Positions 14,008 through 28,118 are shown, numbered from the stretch's first letter. The stretch is DNA of 64,000 bases from Camelus ferus (GCF_009834535.1 NC_045697.1:12216001-12280000), one strand, 5' to 3'. Numbers and translations are program-made. Notes: a model not told the origin generated them from the sequence alone.

Positions 14008-14153
14008 TTTATTTTATTATTTTTTTAATTAAATTTTTTTTTTAATTTGGGGGGAGGCAATTAGGTTTCTTTTTTCTAATAGAGGTACTGGGGATTGAAC
14101 CCAGGCCTCAGGCATGCTAAGTACACACTCTACCACTGACCTATACCCTCCCC
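14008..14153 (-). mobile_element. tRNA-derived SINE, camelid Vic-1-like
   Basis: The reverse complement reads ggggagggtataggtcagtggtagag...ctgggttcaatccccagtacc plus an A-rich tail. 17-bp TSD tcaacta(g/t)ctcacttta at 13991-14007 and 14157-14173. Confidence 0.9.
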
Positions 14154-15060
14154 ACTTCAACTATCTCACTTTAAAAGAAAAATAACTGGCCTAAAATACA
14201 TGAAAAAGTTCAGCCACAGAGATGACTTTTTCCAGGCTTTGTGGGACTGCATCTACAAGATTCCATTTGAGCCTGGAATTGTAAACACTCTTAAATTAGG
14301 AAGTATTTTCACAATGATTTTCTTTTCTAGAAAGTTTAAAAATCATTATTACCTAGTAAATTTTGTTTAAAATAACTTATTTGATTAAGCTCTTTGGCAA
14401 AACAAGAAGTAAAAAGCCATTTGGGCCAACACCATGGATTCCATTCATGAAATGAGGCAAGCTGAATGGTGGCTTTGGTAATCTTGTTGTGACTTCTCTC
14501 TGAAAACTTTATTACTAAAATGGTGAATTTGGTAATTTAGTAATCTCTGTAATGTTAATGGAATGCAAGTTCATACCAGTGGTAACATATATATTCTAAA
14601 GTGCATGGTTTGGCTTTACCATCTTGTTTATTTAAATATTTTGCTCTGTCTACCAATTGGAGGCTATTACTGGGGACGGTTAATGAGATCCATACTCACA
14701 TCTTGGTCTGAATAGGTCTCATTGTTCCTTTGGCCAATTAATATCTTGGTATTTCAACCAGTTATTTTTCTTCCTGGAGCGCCTATGATAGAGATGTGGA
14801 AATATCATACAGATGGATGAAGAAAGTTTTTGTTGTCATGGAATGTTTCAGGTTTAGGAAGCTTCTATTCTTGAGAGTTTAGATCTCATGATTAAGCTTG
14901 CTATTCATAGCTTGCCAATGCATGTTTGTGACAGCTATTAGTATCTAATCACTGGATTTATTTTGAAAGAGTAGTTCCACCGAGTAGGCAGCAAAGGAGA
15001 TTTGCATGAAGTCAAACGTCTCTAAGCTTGAAAAAATGATTCCACAATGTATGATTTTGT

Positions 15061-15075
15061 GAGAGAGAGAGAGAG

Positions 15076-15125
<50 letters not shown>
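15061..15125. repeat. compound (GA)n(GT)n microsatellite
   Basis: Read directly. Confidence 0.95.
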
Positions 15126-15126
<1 letters not shown>

Positions 15127-15342
15127 AAGCTCAGGTGCCAAATCAGCTATCACTGGTTGTATAAAGAGGACCTCTTTAAATTCACTACTGCTTCTACCTT
15201 GGAGTAACAGACTTCTACCCAACTAGGGATTAAAAAGGACTAAACGGGGGAAAGTACTCTATTTTTTGTGTGTGACAGGGGAAGGAGAGGGGAGGTCTGT
15301 TTTTAATCAGCCTCATCTGACAAAGTGAAGATACTGGGGATG

Positions 15343-15810
15343 TGTTTTAGTTTCCTAGGGCTGTTGTAACAAAGTACCACAAACTGAGTGGCTTCAAACA
15401 ACACAAATGTATTACCCCATGGTTCTGGAGGCCAGAGGTCAGAAATCAAGGTGTTGGCAAGGCCATTCTTTCTCTGAAACCTGCAAGAGAATTTTCCCTT
15501 GCCTCTCCCTAGCTTCTGGTGGTTTGTTGGAAATAAATCTTTTGGAGATTCTTGCCTGCAGTTGCATCACTCCAGTTTCTGCCTGTATTGTCACAGTGTT
15601 CTCCCTGGGTGTCTCTGTCTCCACGTGGCCGCCTTATAAGGACACCGGTCGTTTTGGATTACGGGCCCACCCTGCTGCAGTATGACTTCATTTTAACTTA
15701 ACTATTTACATCTGCAATAACCCTAGTTCCAAATAAGGTCACATTTTGAAGTGCTGGGGGTTAAGACTATATATATATGTATATATGTGTGTTTGTGTGT
15801 GTATATATAT

Positions 15811-15855
<45 letters not shown>

Positions 15856-15879
15856 GGGGTCACAAATCAATCCATCACA
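15343..15879 (-). mobile_element. MaLR LTR (MLT1C-like) containing a (TA)n/(TG)n microsatellite at about 15768-15852
   Basis: tagtttcctagggctgttgtaacaaagtaccacaaactgagtggctt...ccaaataaggtcacatt. Confidence 0.9.
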
Positions 15880-16224
15880 GATTATAAAGCAGAGAGAGAA
15901 CTCAAGTGCAGAAGTGTATCTGGTCAGAAAAGGGCCTCTGATAGCCTGTATGGAGACTGTGTGAATTAGGACAGATGTCCCTCTGGAGGAACGCAGTCAC
16001 CTTGCCAGGGCTCACAGCTGGAGAGAGAGCACAAGCTGGATTTCAGCCCCTCTTATCCCCTCAGCACAGTGTCTTTATGCAGTGCACAAACAGACCAAAC
16101 TAGCAGTGGTCCTGAGACTGGGGTTAGGTGGTGATAAGGTATGGGCAGTGAGAGTGCTAGGCAAGGGAAAATTGATGAAAATGGAATATTTTGATGGAGA
16201 CAGAAGTAGGGAGGGCAAATGGCA

Positions 16225-16540
16225 TTCACTGACTCATTCCAGCAGTATTTACTGAGTGTCTACAACAGACTAGGTGCTCTGATGGTGCCTGATACACAGC
16301 ACAGGACAGGGTGGAGCAGTCATCTTCTCTGCCCTTAAGAACTTACAGTCTAGGGTAGACAGATGTTGAATAAGCAGACAGCAAGTACATGATTGTAAAT
16401 CGTGGGAAGTGTTCTGAAAGAAATAAAGAGGGTAGAATGAGAGAAGAAAATAGGGGAATCGAGTAGATGAACTTTTTTGGATAGAGTGATCAAGAAATAA
16501 CACCTTAAAGTGACATTTAAATGTAGTCCTAAAGGATAAG
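16225..16540 (-). mobile_element. L2 3' fragment
   Basis: cattc...agtatttactgagtgtcta...tgcccttaagaacttacagtctag. Confidence 0.75.
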
Positions 16541-19239
16541 ACTTTAGGGTGGCATTGGCTAAAACTGGATCTAGTGGGGTGGGATATAAAAGATACCTAA
16601 ACTAAAAATTCTTGAACTCATTTATTTTAGATTTCCTTGTTTATCAATGTAGACTTTTTATATTACTTCTCTTTCCTAGAATTAATAGGATTCATTATTT
16701 TGTTGAGAGTTTTTAGTACTCTCCCATTGGAAACAATCTCATAAATACAACTCAATTTAGTTTAATCAATTGTTCAAAATTTGCAGCAGTTGTGAAATGT
16801 TATTATCACATGTTGGACATGTTATTATCCAAGAATTATATTTCCTCAGAGAATGCGGGCCATCCAGGTGTCCTATGAGGCCCAATGATTCTCCCAGAAC
16901 TGGAATCAGTTGCCAAAATCCCTGGAAGCAAAACTGAGGATGGATTTGTGCTTGAAAATGTTCACACGAAGTCCCCACATCTTGGGCATCCAGACTATTT
17001 AACTATTTTATCAAATAGTATCAAAAGAGCTAAAATGAAATTTGCATTTTCTGATCCCTACCACCTCCCAGTTCTGTATCATTACATTTGAGGTTCAAGA
17101 TGCAGCAAGGAAAATGGACTTCTTTTAAAATAGTTGGTATAAACTACCTAGAAGTTTCACATATTCAGATGTCATTGTCTGTGCTCGAATACTACTTGCA
17201 AAAAAATTGGATTTAAAGTATCAGCAATACAAAAATAAGGAATTAAACATAAACTCTGGTCAAATTTGTGGCCAAAGGGAATTTCATGGCTGAGAAATGC
17301 AGACAGTTCTCTACACAGGTCCTTTCCACTATGTAGACTTCACTTAGTGTCACTTCCCAGGGAACTGGGACTTGCTGAGTGTTCTGTCATCCCAATCACT
17401 TTCCTGCTTTCTTTTCTTCATAGCACTTATCAACATCTAAAGTTATTACATTATTTATTTGCCTATTGCCTGATTTCATACACTTGAGTTAGGCCTTATT
17501 TGTCTTCTTCATAGTTGCATCCGTAGAACCTAGAACATAGCACACAGTAAATGTTCAATAAATATTTGAGAATGAATGTAAGAATGAATGAAATTCAGGA
17601 ATAGAGAAACATTCTTACTGACAGGAGTGCCAAAAACTTATTTACTCAAAAGTGGTAAAATACTTTCAACATTAATTCTACAAAAACTATTGTATTATGT
17701 AAGTCACTTTAACTAATTCACTTAAACTATTGTGTACAAATTCACACATCTAAACCATTGAGGAGAACATGACTCTTTTTCTCTTGAGTTCAAATTATTA
17801 CTTACAGATTGTTTATTCATGAAGGTAGAAATTCCTTCTAACATTCAGTTGGCATTCCTTTGTAGTATGTATCACATTGCTCTGCACATTGCACATAGTA
17901 GGAATAGTAATAGTGTTCTTAGTAGTAATAGTAATAATAACAACTAATATTTATTGTGCACTTACTGCATGACACTGTTTTAAATGTCTTTATAGATTAT
18001 CTTATGTATATCTCATAATAACCCTATAACTTTCCATAGTGACACAGTTAGTAAGTGTCAGAGCCAGAATTTGAACCAAGGATATCTAATCCCTGAACCT
18101 AACTTCTTAACCTCAGTCATATACTAACTCCAGGAATATATGCTTATGAAACAAATTGCTACTATAAAACAATTAGGCCAATTATTTAACATACAATGAC
18201 TATTCAGTGAGTGTACTTCAAATCCTCACTTTTGAAATTTATGCGTCTTTGAAAGAGTTTTTGTTGTTAAAATTTTCTTAAAGGATCAAGATATATCATC
18301 AAATAAAAGATCATGATCAAATCTCAGAAGATAATTCTAGAATAATAGTCTCAAAAATGTCTTACACAATCAAAGAGTGATTACAGTGGGATACAGTTTC
18401 TTTTCTTAGTCAGACTTTATTTACAAGTAGCAGAAACCCACACAAAATAGCTTAACATAAGGGACAATTTCTTTGAAGTAAACAGAGATATCCTGAAGAA
18501 ATCCAAATACAAGAAGTATTTTTGCTTTGCAAATCTAGAAGTAGAATTTGGCAAGTGATCAAAATCTCTTTTTTCTCTCTCTCTTTTTTCCTTCTGGAGC
18601 CACAAAGTCCATTAATTTGCACATCTACACCATTAATTATCATTCCCCCTCCTTCTTTAGTTTTTCTGCTTTTCTGTGCACATGGTGATGGGGAGTAGGG
18701 GAGAAGATGGTTGATCAAAAAATGGAGTCCCAGCCCTCTCCGTATACAAGCTAAGTGCCTGCAGATAACTGATGTGTTCCTTACCTCAGGCTCTCAATTA
18801 CAAATTCTCGCTAGAGAGAACTCAGTAGTCTTCAACTTGTCTCAGTGTCTAATTGACTGTGGTTGGATAACAGAGTTGACCCAGTACAAAGCCTCGATAC
18901 CTTGGGTTAAAAAGGTATGGATTTGGGAGAAATCCTCAGATAAGGTGAGAAAGAACTAAGAATACGTCCCAGAGTGTTTTCTATAACTTTCAAGATGACA
19001 ACCTTGGAAGAGAAGGTCACTCATTTAAAAGTATAAGTTTTTGAATGTTTGCTTTAGAAAGTCAGTTTAATTTCTTTATAGTAACCTGACCTTTACAATT
19101 AACAGAATTTTGACTGAAATTTAATTCATAAATAATGCATAGATAACTATGAGAGGATAGGCTAAATTAACTATACTAGGTTAAAGTCTTACAAAGTCAT
19201 AGCAATAGATGCAGATTAATTATTCTGTAATATTAAAAA

Positions 19240-20760
19240 TAGGATAATTTTTATTAAGGCATTCCAAGTAAGAGAGTTCAGAAAGTAAAAAATAAAAAAG
19301 CTTCAAAATAATTAATATAATTTCCATATCACCAATAATAATTACCAAGAGAAGGAAAAAGAAAAATGCAATTCACAATAGCAGTAAAAATAGACCTAAG
19401 AGTAATGTTGACAATAGAGTGTAAAAATCTATCTGGAAAACTATAAAATTTTGTTAAGAGATAATAAAAAGAAAACTTAAATAGAGAGATGTACTATGTT
19501 CATGGATGAGATGGCTGCTGTAGATACAATTTGTGAGGCGTGAAGAGATGAGTGCAAAACCAAACCTCAGCCAAATATAGTACTTTGTTTCCCATGCTAG
19601 AGTAGCTGGCCCAAAAGTTCAGTGCTCAAACCAACCTTTGGGGCATTCAGAAACCTTGGGATTTAATAAAATTGAAATTTGGAAAGCTGTTCCACTGGCT
19701 TTCAGGTCTTGAAGCTGAAAGAGTAAACCTGGGACTTCTAGCAGCCATGTTTCCTTCTATTTGGGCAAAATCCATCTGTGGTAGCAGAGAACAAAGTACA
19801 CAGAGACAAGCAATGATGAGACAAAGTCAGCAATGTCTTGGAGGTACCCATCCCTGATTCCATCTGCTGAGCTCTCCACAGCTACCTTACTTCTTAATTT
19901 TTTAAAATCTGTGACTACTTCAGAATCATTCCAGTAAATCTCCATGTCTTTTAAAATTTTTTTGCAACACTTATGGAATGTCTAACACATACAGAACAAG
20001 TCTTGTTATGCTCATGGAATTTACATTCATTCTAATAGGTGATAACAGACTTTACACAAATAACTAAGCAAGAAAACACTAAGTAAAGATAAGTGCCATG
20101 ATGAATATTAAAAGGGATGATGGAATGGAAAGTGATGGGAGGACTAGTTTAGTGTGGAATGTCAGGAAAGGCCTCTCTGATGAGAAAATATTTAAGCAGA
20201 GGCCAAAATAGTAGTTTATGTGTAAAATAGACAATTTGACCTTATGTTAGATTCTTTTTAATATATTTTACAAATATTAACAGTTAGTTTGCCCTGGCTT
20301 TCTTTCACCAGCAATAGAAGGAGTTCAGATTGATACAAATGTTGATTGCTCTCATATTCAGTTTCAATCAAATTTCCAGTTTTGTCAAACTTAATTTCCA
20401 AAATCTGTAAAATATATAATTACAATAAAAATTCCAAAGGAATTATTTATTTCACTTTATGTTTAGTTTTTAAAATTTTGGGATAACATGAAATGTAAAA
20501 CCAGCCAAAAATATAAAAAAGAACAAGTAATAGGGGGAAACTTGCTATGTCAAACATTAAAATACATTATAAGTATCATAATTAAAAATTGTTGCAGAGA
20601 AATGCTGTAAGAATAGAGAAGTTGATTGAAATTAAAGTATAAATAGCTGGGAAACCAGATCTTGGTGTATATAAAAACATATATTATGATGAAGATGGCA
20701 TAAAAATTTAACTAGCAATGGGAGGAAATATTAAATCAATTAAGCTTATAATTAGCTAAC
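19240..20760 (+). mobile_element. old L1 ORF2 fragments interrupted by LTR and L2 pieces (about 19520-20200)
   Basis: A-rich, ORF2-like text such as gatgtactatgttcatggatg and cttgctatgtcaaacattaaaatacattataa. Confidence 0.6.
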
Positions 20761-21339
20761 AGTGGTAAGCAGAATTATAAGATGACCCCCAAGATTTGTG
20801 GCCTCTGGTCTAGACATACATTCTCTCACTTACTCCATCAAGTACTAATCTAGGTACTTCTGTGAAGGGATTTTGTAGATGTAATTAAGGTCTCGAATCA
20901 GTTGGCTTTAAAAATAGGAAGATGATCCTGATGGGCCTTACCTTATCAGATGAGTCCTTAAAAGGGATAAGCTCTTTCTGGAAGGAGATTTAAAATGTTA
21001 GAGGGATTCCATGTGAAGGAAATTCTCCTTTGCTGACTTCGAAGATGTGGGAAGCCTCTGGGAACTAAAAATAGCCCCCAGCTGACAGTAAATGTGGACC
21101 TCAGGGACTTCAATTTGGCCAATAATCTGAATGAGCTTGGAAGGAGATTCTTGCCCCACACCTCCAGAAAAAAGACAGCTCAGCTAACGCCTTGTTTCAG
21201 CTCTGTGAGACCCTGAGCAGAGAACTCAGTCACATCATGACTGAACTTCTAGCCTACAGGACTATGAGCTGATAATGGATGTTGTTTTGGATTGATAAGT
21301 TTGTGGTGATATGTTATGCATCAGTAAAAATCTAATATA
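20761..21339 (+). mobile_element. MaLR LTR (MLT1E/F-like)
   Basis: tggtaagcagaattataagatgacccccaagat...tttgtggtgatatgttatgca. Confidence 0.85.
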
Positions 21340-21479
21340 TTAACTTTGAGGGGGAAAAGTAAACATAGAGAATCACCTCTTTGTAACCCATCAAAATAAA
21401 CCCCGTAAGTATTAATAATGCTTTCAGTGAAAGGAATGAAACCATAATGCAAACTTGTCTCATCTCACAATGTGGAGAC

Positions 21480-23030
21480 GTATTATTTAATTTTTTATTT
21501 TGTAATGTTAGGTACAAAAAAGGATACAGGCACTATATATGTAAGATTTAATGCATAATCCTAGAATGAACAACTTTGAGCCCACCATTCAATTTAAGAA
21601 AGAATATTACCAGTGCTATTGAAGATACCTGTTTTCTTTTAGGATCCTTCCCTTCTTTTTCTGGGCCTCCCCTTCTCTATTCCAATCAGATAAACACTAT
21701 CCTGAAATTTATGTTTATTTTTCCTTTGCTTGTGTTTGTATTGGCAATAAATTCAATATATGTATGTATCCTTAGACAACATATTGTTCAATTTTGCTTG
21801 TTTATGAGCTTTATAGCATATTCAATGTAATCTTCTATGACCTGCATTTTTTCCACTCAATGTTATGGTTGTAACATTTTATTCCTATTGTTGCATATAG
21901 CTTTCATTCATTCAATTTTACTGCTATATAATAACCTAATGTGTCAACATATTATAATTTACCCAACCTCTTGTTATTGGATATTTTGGTTATATTCATT
22001 ATTTTTGCTATTAAAAGCAACATTTCCATAAATATTCTTTAACATGTTTCTTGGTTTCTTTAGGATGTATACCTAGGAGTTAAATTGTTGAACTGTAGGT
22101 TTGTGCATGCTCAGCTTCACAAGTTAATACCAAATTCTTTTCTAAAGTAATTGTACCAAACTGTAATCTCACTAGCAGCATTCTTGTCAATATTTATTAG
22201 TGCTCTATTTCCTAATTTCTGCTAATCTAGTGGATATATCATGTGCTTCATTGTGGTATTAGTTTACATTTCTGGGTTATTAATGGAATTGAGGGCATTT
22301 TCATATTTATTTGGCTGTTAGCTTTCCTTTATAATACAATTATTGTCCCCATCTTTTTGGCATTTTCTTAATGAGTTGTTTGACTTTTCCTTATTGATTC
22401 ACAGAATTCCTTGATGTATTTTGGAAACTCTTTGTCAGTTATTTGTGTTCCAATTATTCTCAATAGTTACTGATTCGTCTTTTCACTCTCTTTATCATGT
22501 CTTTTGATGAAAAGAAGTTCTTAATCTTATTATAATAGAATTTATAAGTCTTTTCCTTGATAGTTTGTATCTCATTTAAGAAATCCCAAGGTCATAGGAT
22601 ATTTTCCTATATGTTGTTCTGAAAATTTTAAAGTTTTACCATCACATTTTGTTTTTAATTCATTAGAATTTGATTTTTTATATGACAAAAAGTATGGAAT
22701 CAATTTACTTTTATTTTTTCCATGATCAGTTGTGTCAATATCATTTTTTTTGAAAGGTTGTTTTTTGTCCGGTCTGTAGAGTTGTCTCTGCTAGGTATCA
22801 AGATGCCATAAATACATAGGTCTCTTTTTTGGCACTGTAATTGATCAATTTCTTTATCTCTGTGCTTATAAGACACTGTCTTAATTAAAATAACTTCATA
22901 ATAAATTTTGATGTTCTATAAGGCAATTTCCCACACTTTATTTTTTTTCAGGTTGCTTAGACCTTTGTTTGGCTATATAAGCTTTGAAGTCAACTTACTA
23001 AGTTCCTGGAAGAAATCTGTTGGGATTTAG
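21480..23030 (-). mobile_element. old L1 (L1ME-like) 3' UTR and ORF2 end
   Basis: T-rich strand with motifs ggatgtatacctaggagttaaattgttg and cttttgatgaaaagaagttcttaat. Confidence 0.8.
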
Positions 23031-23157
23031 AAAAAACTTTTCATCACAAAAAATTTCAAGTATACATAAAAATAAAGAGAATGGTATAATGATTCATTAT
23101 TTTATGGGAGAAAATTATTTTTGTACAGGAGTGTGGAGGTTAAATCCAGAAAGTTGG

Positions 23158-23609
23158 TGTGTTAGTTTGCTGGGGCTGCTGAAACAAAATACCACAAACA
23201 GGGGGACTTAATAGAAATATATTGCCTCAAAGTTCTGGAGGCTGGATGTCTGAGATCAAGGTGTTTGTTCACCCTCTTCAGGGCTGGTTCCTTCTGAAAG
23301 AAGTTAGTGACATGCTTTTCTCCTAGTTTCAGGGGGCTAATGTCTCTCCTTGATGTTCATTGTAGATGGCATTCTCCCTGTGTCTTCATATCGGCTGCCC
23401 TCTGTGCATGTCTCTCTTCACATGGTGTTCTTTTTATAAGGACAATATTAGATTAGGGGCCCAAACTTACTCCAGTATAACCACCTCTTAAATAATTACA
23501 TTGCAATGACCCTATTTCCAAATAAGCTCACATTCTGAAGTACTGGGACAGTGGGTTAGGACTTCAACATATGAATTTGGGGTGGGGGGACGCAATTCAA
23601 CCCTTAATG
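23158..23609 (-). mobile_element. MaLR LTR (MLT1B/C-like)
   Basis: tgtgttagtttgctggggctgct...tatttccaaataagctcacattctgaagtactggg; homologous to 15343-15879. Confidence 0.85.
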
Positions 23610-25479
23610 GATAGTTTGAGACCACAAACTGTGGTGCTGGACGAGGGTCTTGGAGAGTGTATGGGAACTCACAGGTGGGAAACCCAGAGAATCACAGTTG
23701 AAAAAAACACAGGACTGACTCCATTCCAGGGGTCTGGTTAGAAGGGATTACTCTACAGAACTGTCACAATGCTTTGGCTGAAATAAACTGGATCTGACAA
23801 TTTTTGGTCTTTGTATTACATCTGGTCAATTTTTGTATTCCAAGAGGAGTGTGTTATTGTCAGTTTTGGGTCATAGATTTGGAGTTGTAGGGGGTTGTAG
23901 GTCAAGTCACCTTGATTAACAGTTCCAGACACAATGAAGGAGAGACAATTACTCAAAAGAAAATTGGAGCACTGTTAGCTCCAGAGCAAATGTCCACAAG
24001 AAATGTGTAAGAGAAGAGCCTAGAGGCAGGGAGCCAGTGAGATCATTTCAAAAGCACCATATAAAATGATGAGATAATGAACAAAGGTGAAGGAGATACT
24101 ATGAGGCAAGTTTTATGGCACCCCAAAATTGATTGATGATGAAGTGAGGTATGCACATAGTGATTTGAGAGTGATGACAAAAGTAATGTGGTCAGGAAGG
24201 GAAGTTGGTTTTATAGGAACATGTAGAAACATCTGTACTTTTTGGTTGCCCAACATCCAAACATTCCTCATATTTTGGAAGGATTCCAAAATAAGAAGGC
24301 AGAGTCCTACTTTCTACCGTGGGAGCCAAAAGTGTGTGTGCAGGAGCAGATAATCTCTCTCCAAGCTTCTTCATAAGTAGTTAAAGTGTAGGTATATCAC
24401 GTAGGCTGGACACATCAGATACACCCCTTTTCTTGTGGGAGTTGTGGAAAAGGGCGGTGAGTGGTCAGGGATTATTTTTTTGTGGCAGAGTTGTGAGTCC
24501 AGTAGCACAAGAGTAAGTGTTTACTGGCAATGACATAAAGGCAGCATGCTCAGCAGCCTGGGTCTGTGGTGGGGTGTGGTATCTTGGTTTCTGCTTATTT
24601 TTTGAGGCTGGCTCTCCACCTCTCCTATCAATCCTGTGAGCTGGCCTCTGTAGACTTTCAATCAATTCATTTTCTACTTAAGTGGAGAGTTTGTTCCATT
24701 TGTTTGGAAAGACAGATGATGTACAGAGGCCACAGCAGGGTTGAGAGTGACTGGCATTTTAGTCATGATGTGTGAAAGCAAATAACATGACAGTCACGTA
24801 GAAAGTTCAGAGTCAACTGGCTATGAGCGAGGAGTGCCTGCGAGGAGTCAGTGGTGGAGGCAGAGTCGGCTGTTACCCACTTCGATGCGATTAAGGCAGT
24901 CATGACACTGGATGAATTTGTTGGGGAGAGAGAGTGTGAAGAGAGAAAAAGAATGTTCAAGGTTAATATTTGGACTACCCCACAGTGAGAAAATAAAGAA
25001 AGAACTAACAGCAATCACAGAGGTGGGTGGAAAGACAATACTGTTCACTCATATAGGTCAAGCACAGAGAGAAGTTCAAGGGGAAGCCAAAGAGTCAAAT
25101 GGGTCATGGGGTGTTCAAAGAGAAGGGGCAATAACGTTTCCAAGAGAGTGAGAACTAATTATAATTTGTTCAATTTGTCACTGGTAGCCTTTTAAAAATT
25201 ATGGACATCAAAGCAAAATGTTAAGAGTTTGGTTGTTTTAAATTAAGAAAAACAAATGTATATTATTTTCAATAGTTTTTAAAAAATTTATCAGAAAGTG
25301 ATAGAAATCATGTATGCAATGACTTGCATGAATGTACGTATATTTACACATATTTAAAATATATCTTTATCTTTAATATAATTTAATTTTAAGTCTACAA
25401 AGAGGAAAAACATTCAGAAATCATCATTTCCCTGGCTTTTCCCTTCTTCCTTCCATTCTAGCATCATAATTTGCTCTGG

Positions 25480-25680
25480 ATTTAATATTAGACTACTTGA
25501 GTTTAACTCCTGGCTGTGTCACTTACAAAGTATTTGGCCCTAGGCAAGATACTCAGCCACTCTGAGCCTCCATTTTCTCACCTGGAAGTGAAGATTATAA
25601 TAATACCTACTTTACTGGTATTCCTGTAAGGACTAGAGGAGATACATTGCACAGAGCTAATGGTGCTTGACAAAGGCTGC
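25480..25680 (+). mobile_element. MIR
   Basis: ggcaagatactcagccactctgagcctccattttctcacctg core. Confidence 0.75.
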
Positions 25681-26420
25681 CTTAATCTCAATTTAGTAGG
25701 CAGGAAAACTTGTTTGTTGGTATTGGCATGCAGTTGGTTTAGAGCCTTCAAACATCTGTTCCCATCTCTTCTTCCTTCCAAATGCCTCTTCTTCTCCATT
25801 TTTGTGTGTTTCCCACTTTGTATGAAAATATAATTTACAAGTATTCTTGTGTGGCCCTTCTGACTAACCTTATGAATAGGACCATTTCATTCTCTCAGGT
25901 GTTTTCTCAACTCTTAAGTCAATCGTTTCTCACCATTGCATCAATTTACAGTTCCTTTGTATATCAAGTTTTATGTGTTTTCAAATTACTTTTCCCCTTC
26001 CTATTTGTTGTTGTTGTTGTTATGATGTGGTAGAAAGACGTGTTGGGAAACTTAAGTTACAATTCGTGCTCTGATACTAACTCTCTGTGTTGCTTTGGAT
26101 AAATCCTTTATGCTGTCTGGGTCTCATTTTTAACTCCTTGAAAATAGGGAATTGGACTAAGAATAAAAGCTAACACTGAGTATTTTCTGTGTGCTAGACA
26201 CCTTTCCATCAGTTTTACAGTAACTTGTGAAGTAATAGGCTCTGCAGTCATGCCTATTTTACAACGAGACAACTGAGGCCCAGACTGCTAACTAAGTTGC
26301 CTCAGTTCAGCCAGGTCTGAACTGAGTGTTTACACTTTTATAACTACAATGATCCTAGAAGGTAATGAACGTCTTGGAATCTAGATTGATATTCTGTTTG
26401 GTCATTTATTTGTTTGTGTG

Positions 26421-26424
<4 letters not shown>

Positions 26425-26482
<58 letters not shown>
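26425..26482. repeat. long (CA)n microsatellite
   Basis: About 29 AC units. Confidence 0.95.
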
Positions 26483-26489
<7 letters not shown>

Positions 26490-27194
26490 TACATACACAT
26501 ATTTTGTACAAATCAGGGCCAATAGTCTTGATTACCTATCCACTTAAAAACTCAAAGTGTTCAGGTCTTCTCTGAGGAACTGTAGCTAACTAAACTTTGA
26601 GTAAGCTAAAAAAAAAAAAAAAACAAACAAACCTAATACATGCATTAGCAACATTTTTGAAAGAATAAAACTCATTTTTAAAAAACATTTTGTTTTAAAA
26701 AACTTTTAAAAATATAAAACTCAGACTTTTGAAGACAAAATTCTTTGGGGAGTCTTAGTTTTTTTTTTCTGTGCTTGTAGAACTAGATCACTGAGTAATG
26801 TTCAAGTTTTTTTTTTTCTTAACCTTTAAGAAATTATGTTGACATTGGGATAAAGACTTGTATTTTTATCTCAAAAATCTGATAAAGATGGAAAATTTGT
26901 GTTCACACAATCTGAGGAAAATAGACCATTAGGGAATCCAGAGCTAGACCACCTCCTACAACTGAGCTGATTAATTTTCCCGTAATGTCAGGGAACTGAA
27001 CAAAATTTAAAAGATTCTAAGTTCTCTACTTTCCTTTTTGAACTCCCCTCTCCAATGGGAATTATTCGACCACTGGGTAAGAGTATGAGTGTTTTTAGGG
27101 CTAGTCAAGGATTCTAGAGAATTAAAGCAAAATATTCTCTAACCTTTAGAGTAAGATGGGTTTTCTTTTGTTTGATTGACTGTGCCCATCAACA

Positions 27195-27615
27195 TTTCCT
27201 AGAATGTGATCCACAAACGACAATTCCTTTGAAAAAAGGACTCTGTTTTCAGATACATTTGGGTAACTCTGAGTGAAGCAAAACTGAAAAAAAAAAAAAA
27301 GGTTTTAAATTGTAGTTCTTCTTAGAATATTTCGTATTGACAGTGCATTTGGTTTTTTGATCAAGAAACAGTTGTTAAGCATCTTCCATCTTCCATGTGC
27401 CAGCCTTTGGGGATAGTAGAGGCACCATTCCTGCCCTTTGTGGAGCCAGGGCTGGTAAAAATCTCTTGTAAATCTGCAAGCAAATGTAAGGTATGCAGTT
27501 CTTCTTACTTTTTTTTTTTTCACCACAAGAATCTTTTCTTCCTTCCTTCCTTCTTTTTGGTTGAGCATCTCTGGTGACTATTTTTCTGAGGAACATGCTT
27601 TCAGAAAATGTAGGA
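27195..27615. mobile_element. degenerate hAT-Charlie-like non-autonomous element, apparently interrupted
   Basis: Terminal-like text tttcctagaatgtgatcc and ggaacatgctttcagaaaatg. Confidence 0.4.
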
Positions 27616-28118
27616 CTAGATTCCCTTGATATTACTTTTCTCAGTGTTTTCCCTATGAACAGATGCTAGAGAACAAGGCCAGGGTGAGCAAGCAATGAAG
27701 TAGACCCAACTGCTGACTTTACACGTTTATGTTCCCTAAGTGCACCCAGTCATGGTGAGGTCAGCGTTGGGAACATGGGGACAAGATGGAACTCAAGTAC
27801 TTTGAAGTAGTGAAGTTTTTCAGTGGTTTAATATCAATAGGGACGTTGATGGACAGCATTTATATTTGGAATTTTTCTAAATATCAACTATCAATTTGAA
27901 TTCTAACCAGCTGGTGCAGTATCTTCTCTTCTGCCTGGTGGTGGGGAGATGCCATCAGAAGACTACCTTCTTCTCATAGGATTAAAGAACACCAGGTATC
28001 TTTTCTTTGTGGAGAAGAACCAAGGAGGCAACGTTTTGAGATGGGGAGAGCAATGGTGGTGGGTGGGAGAAGAATGTGAGTCAGAAACAGAACTTGGGGA
28101 GCTGAAGTTATTTCCAAC

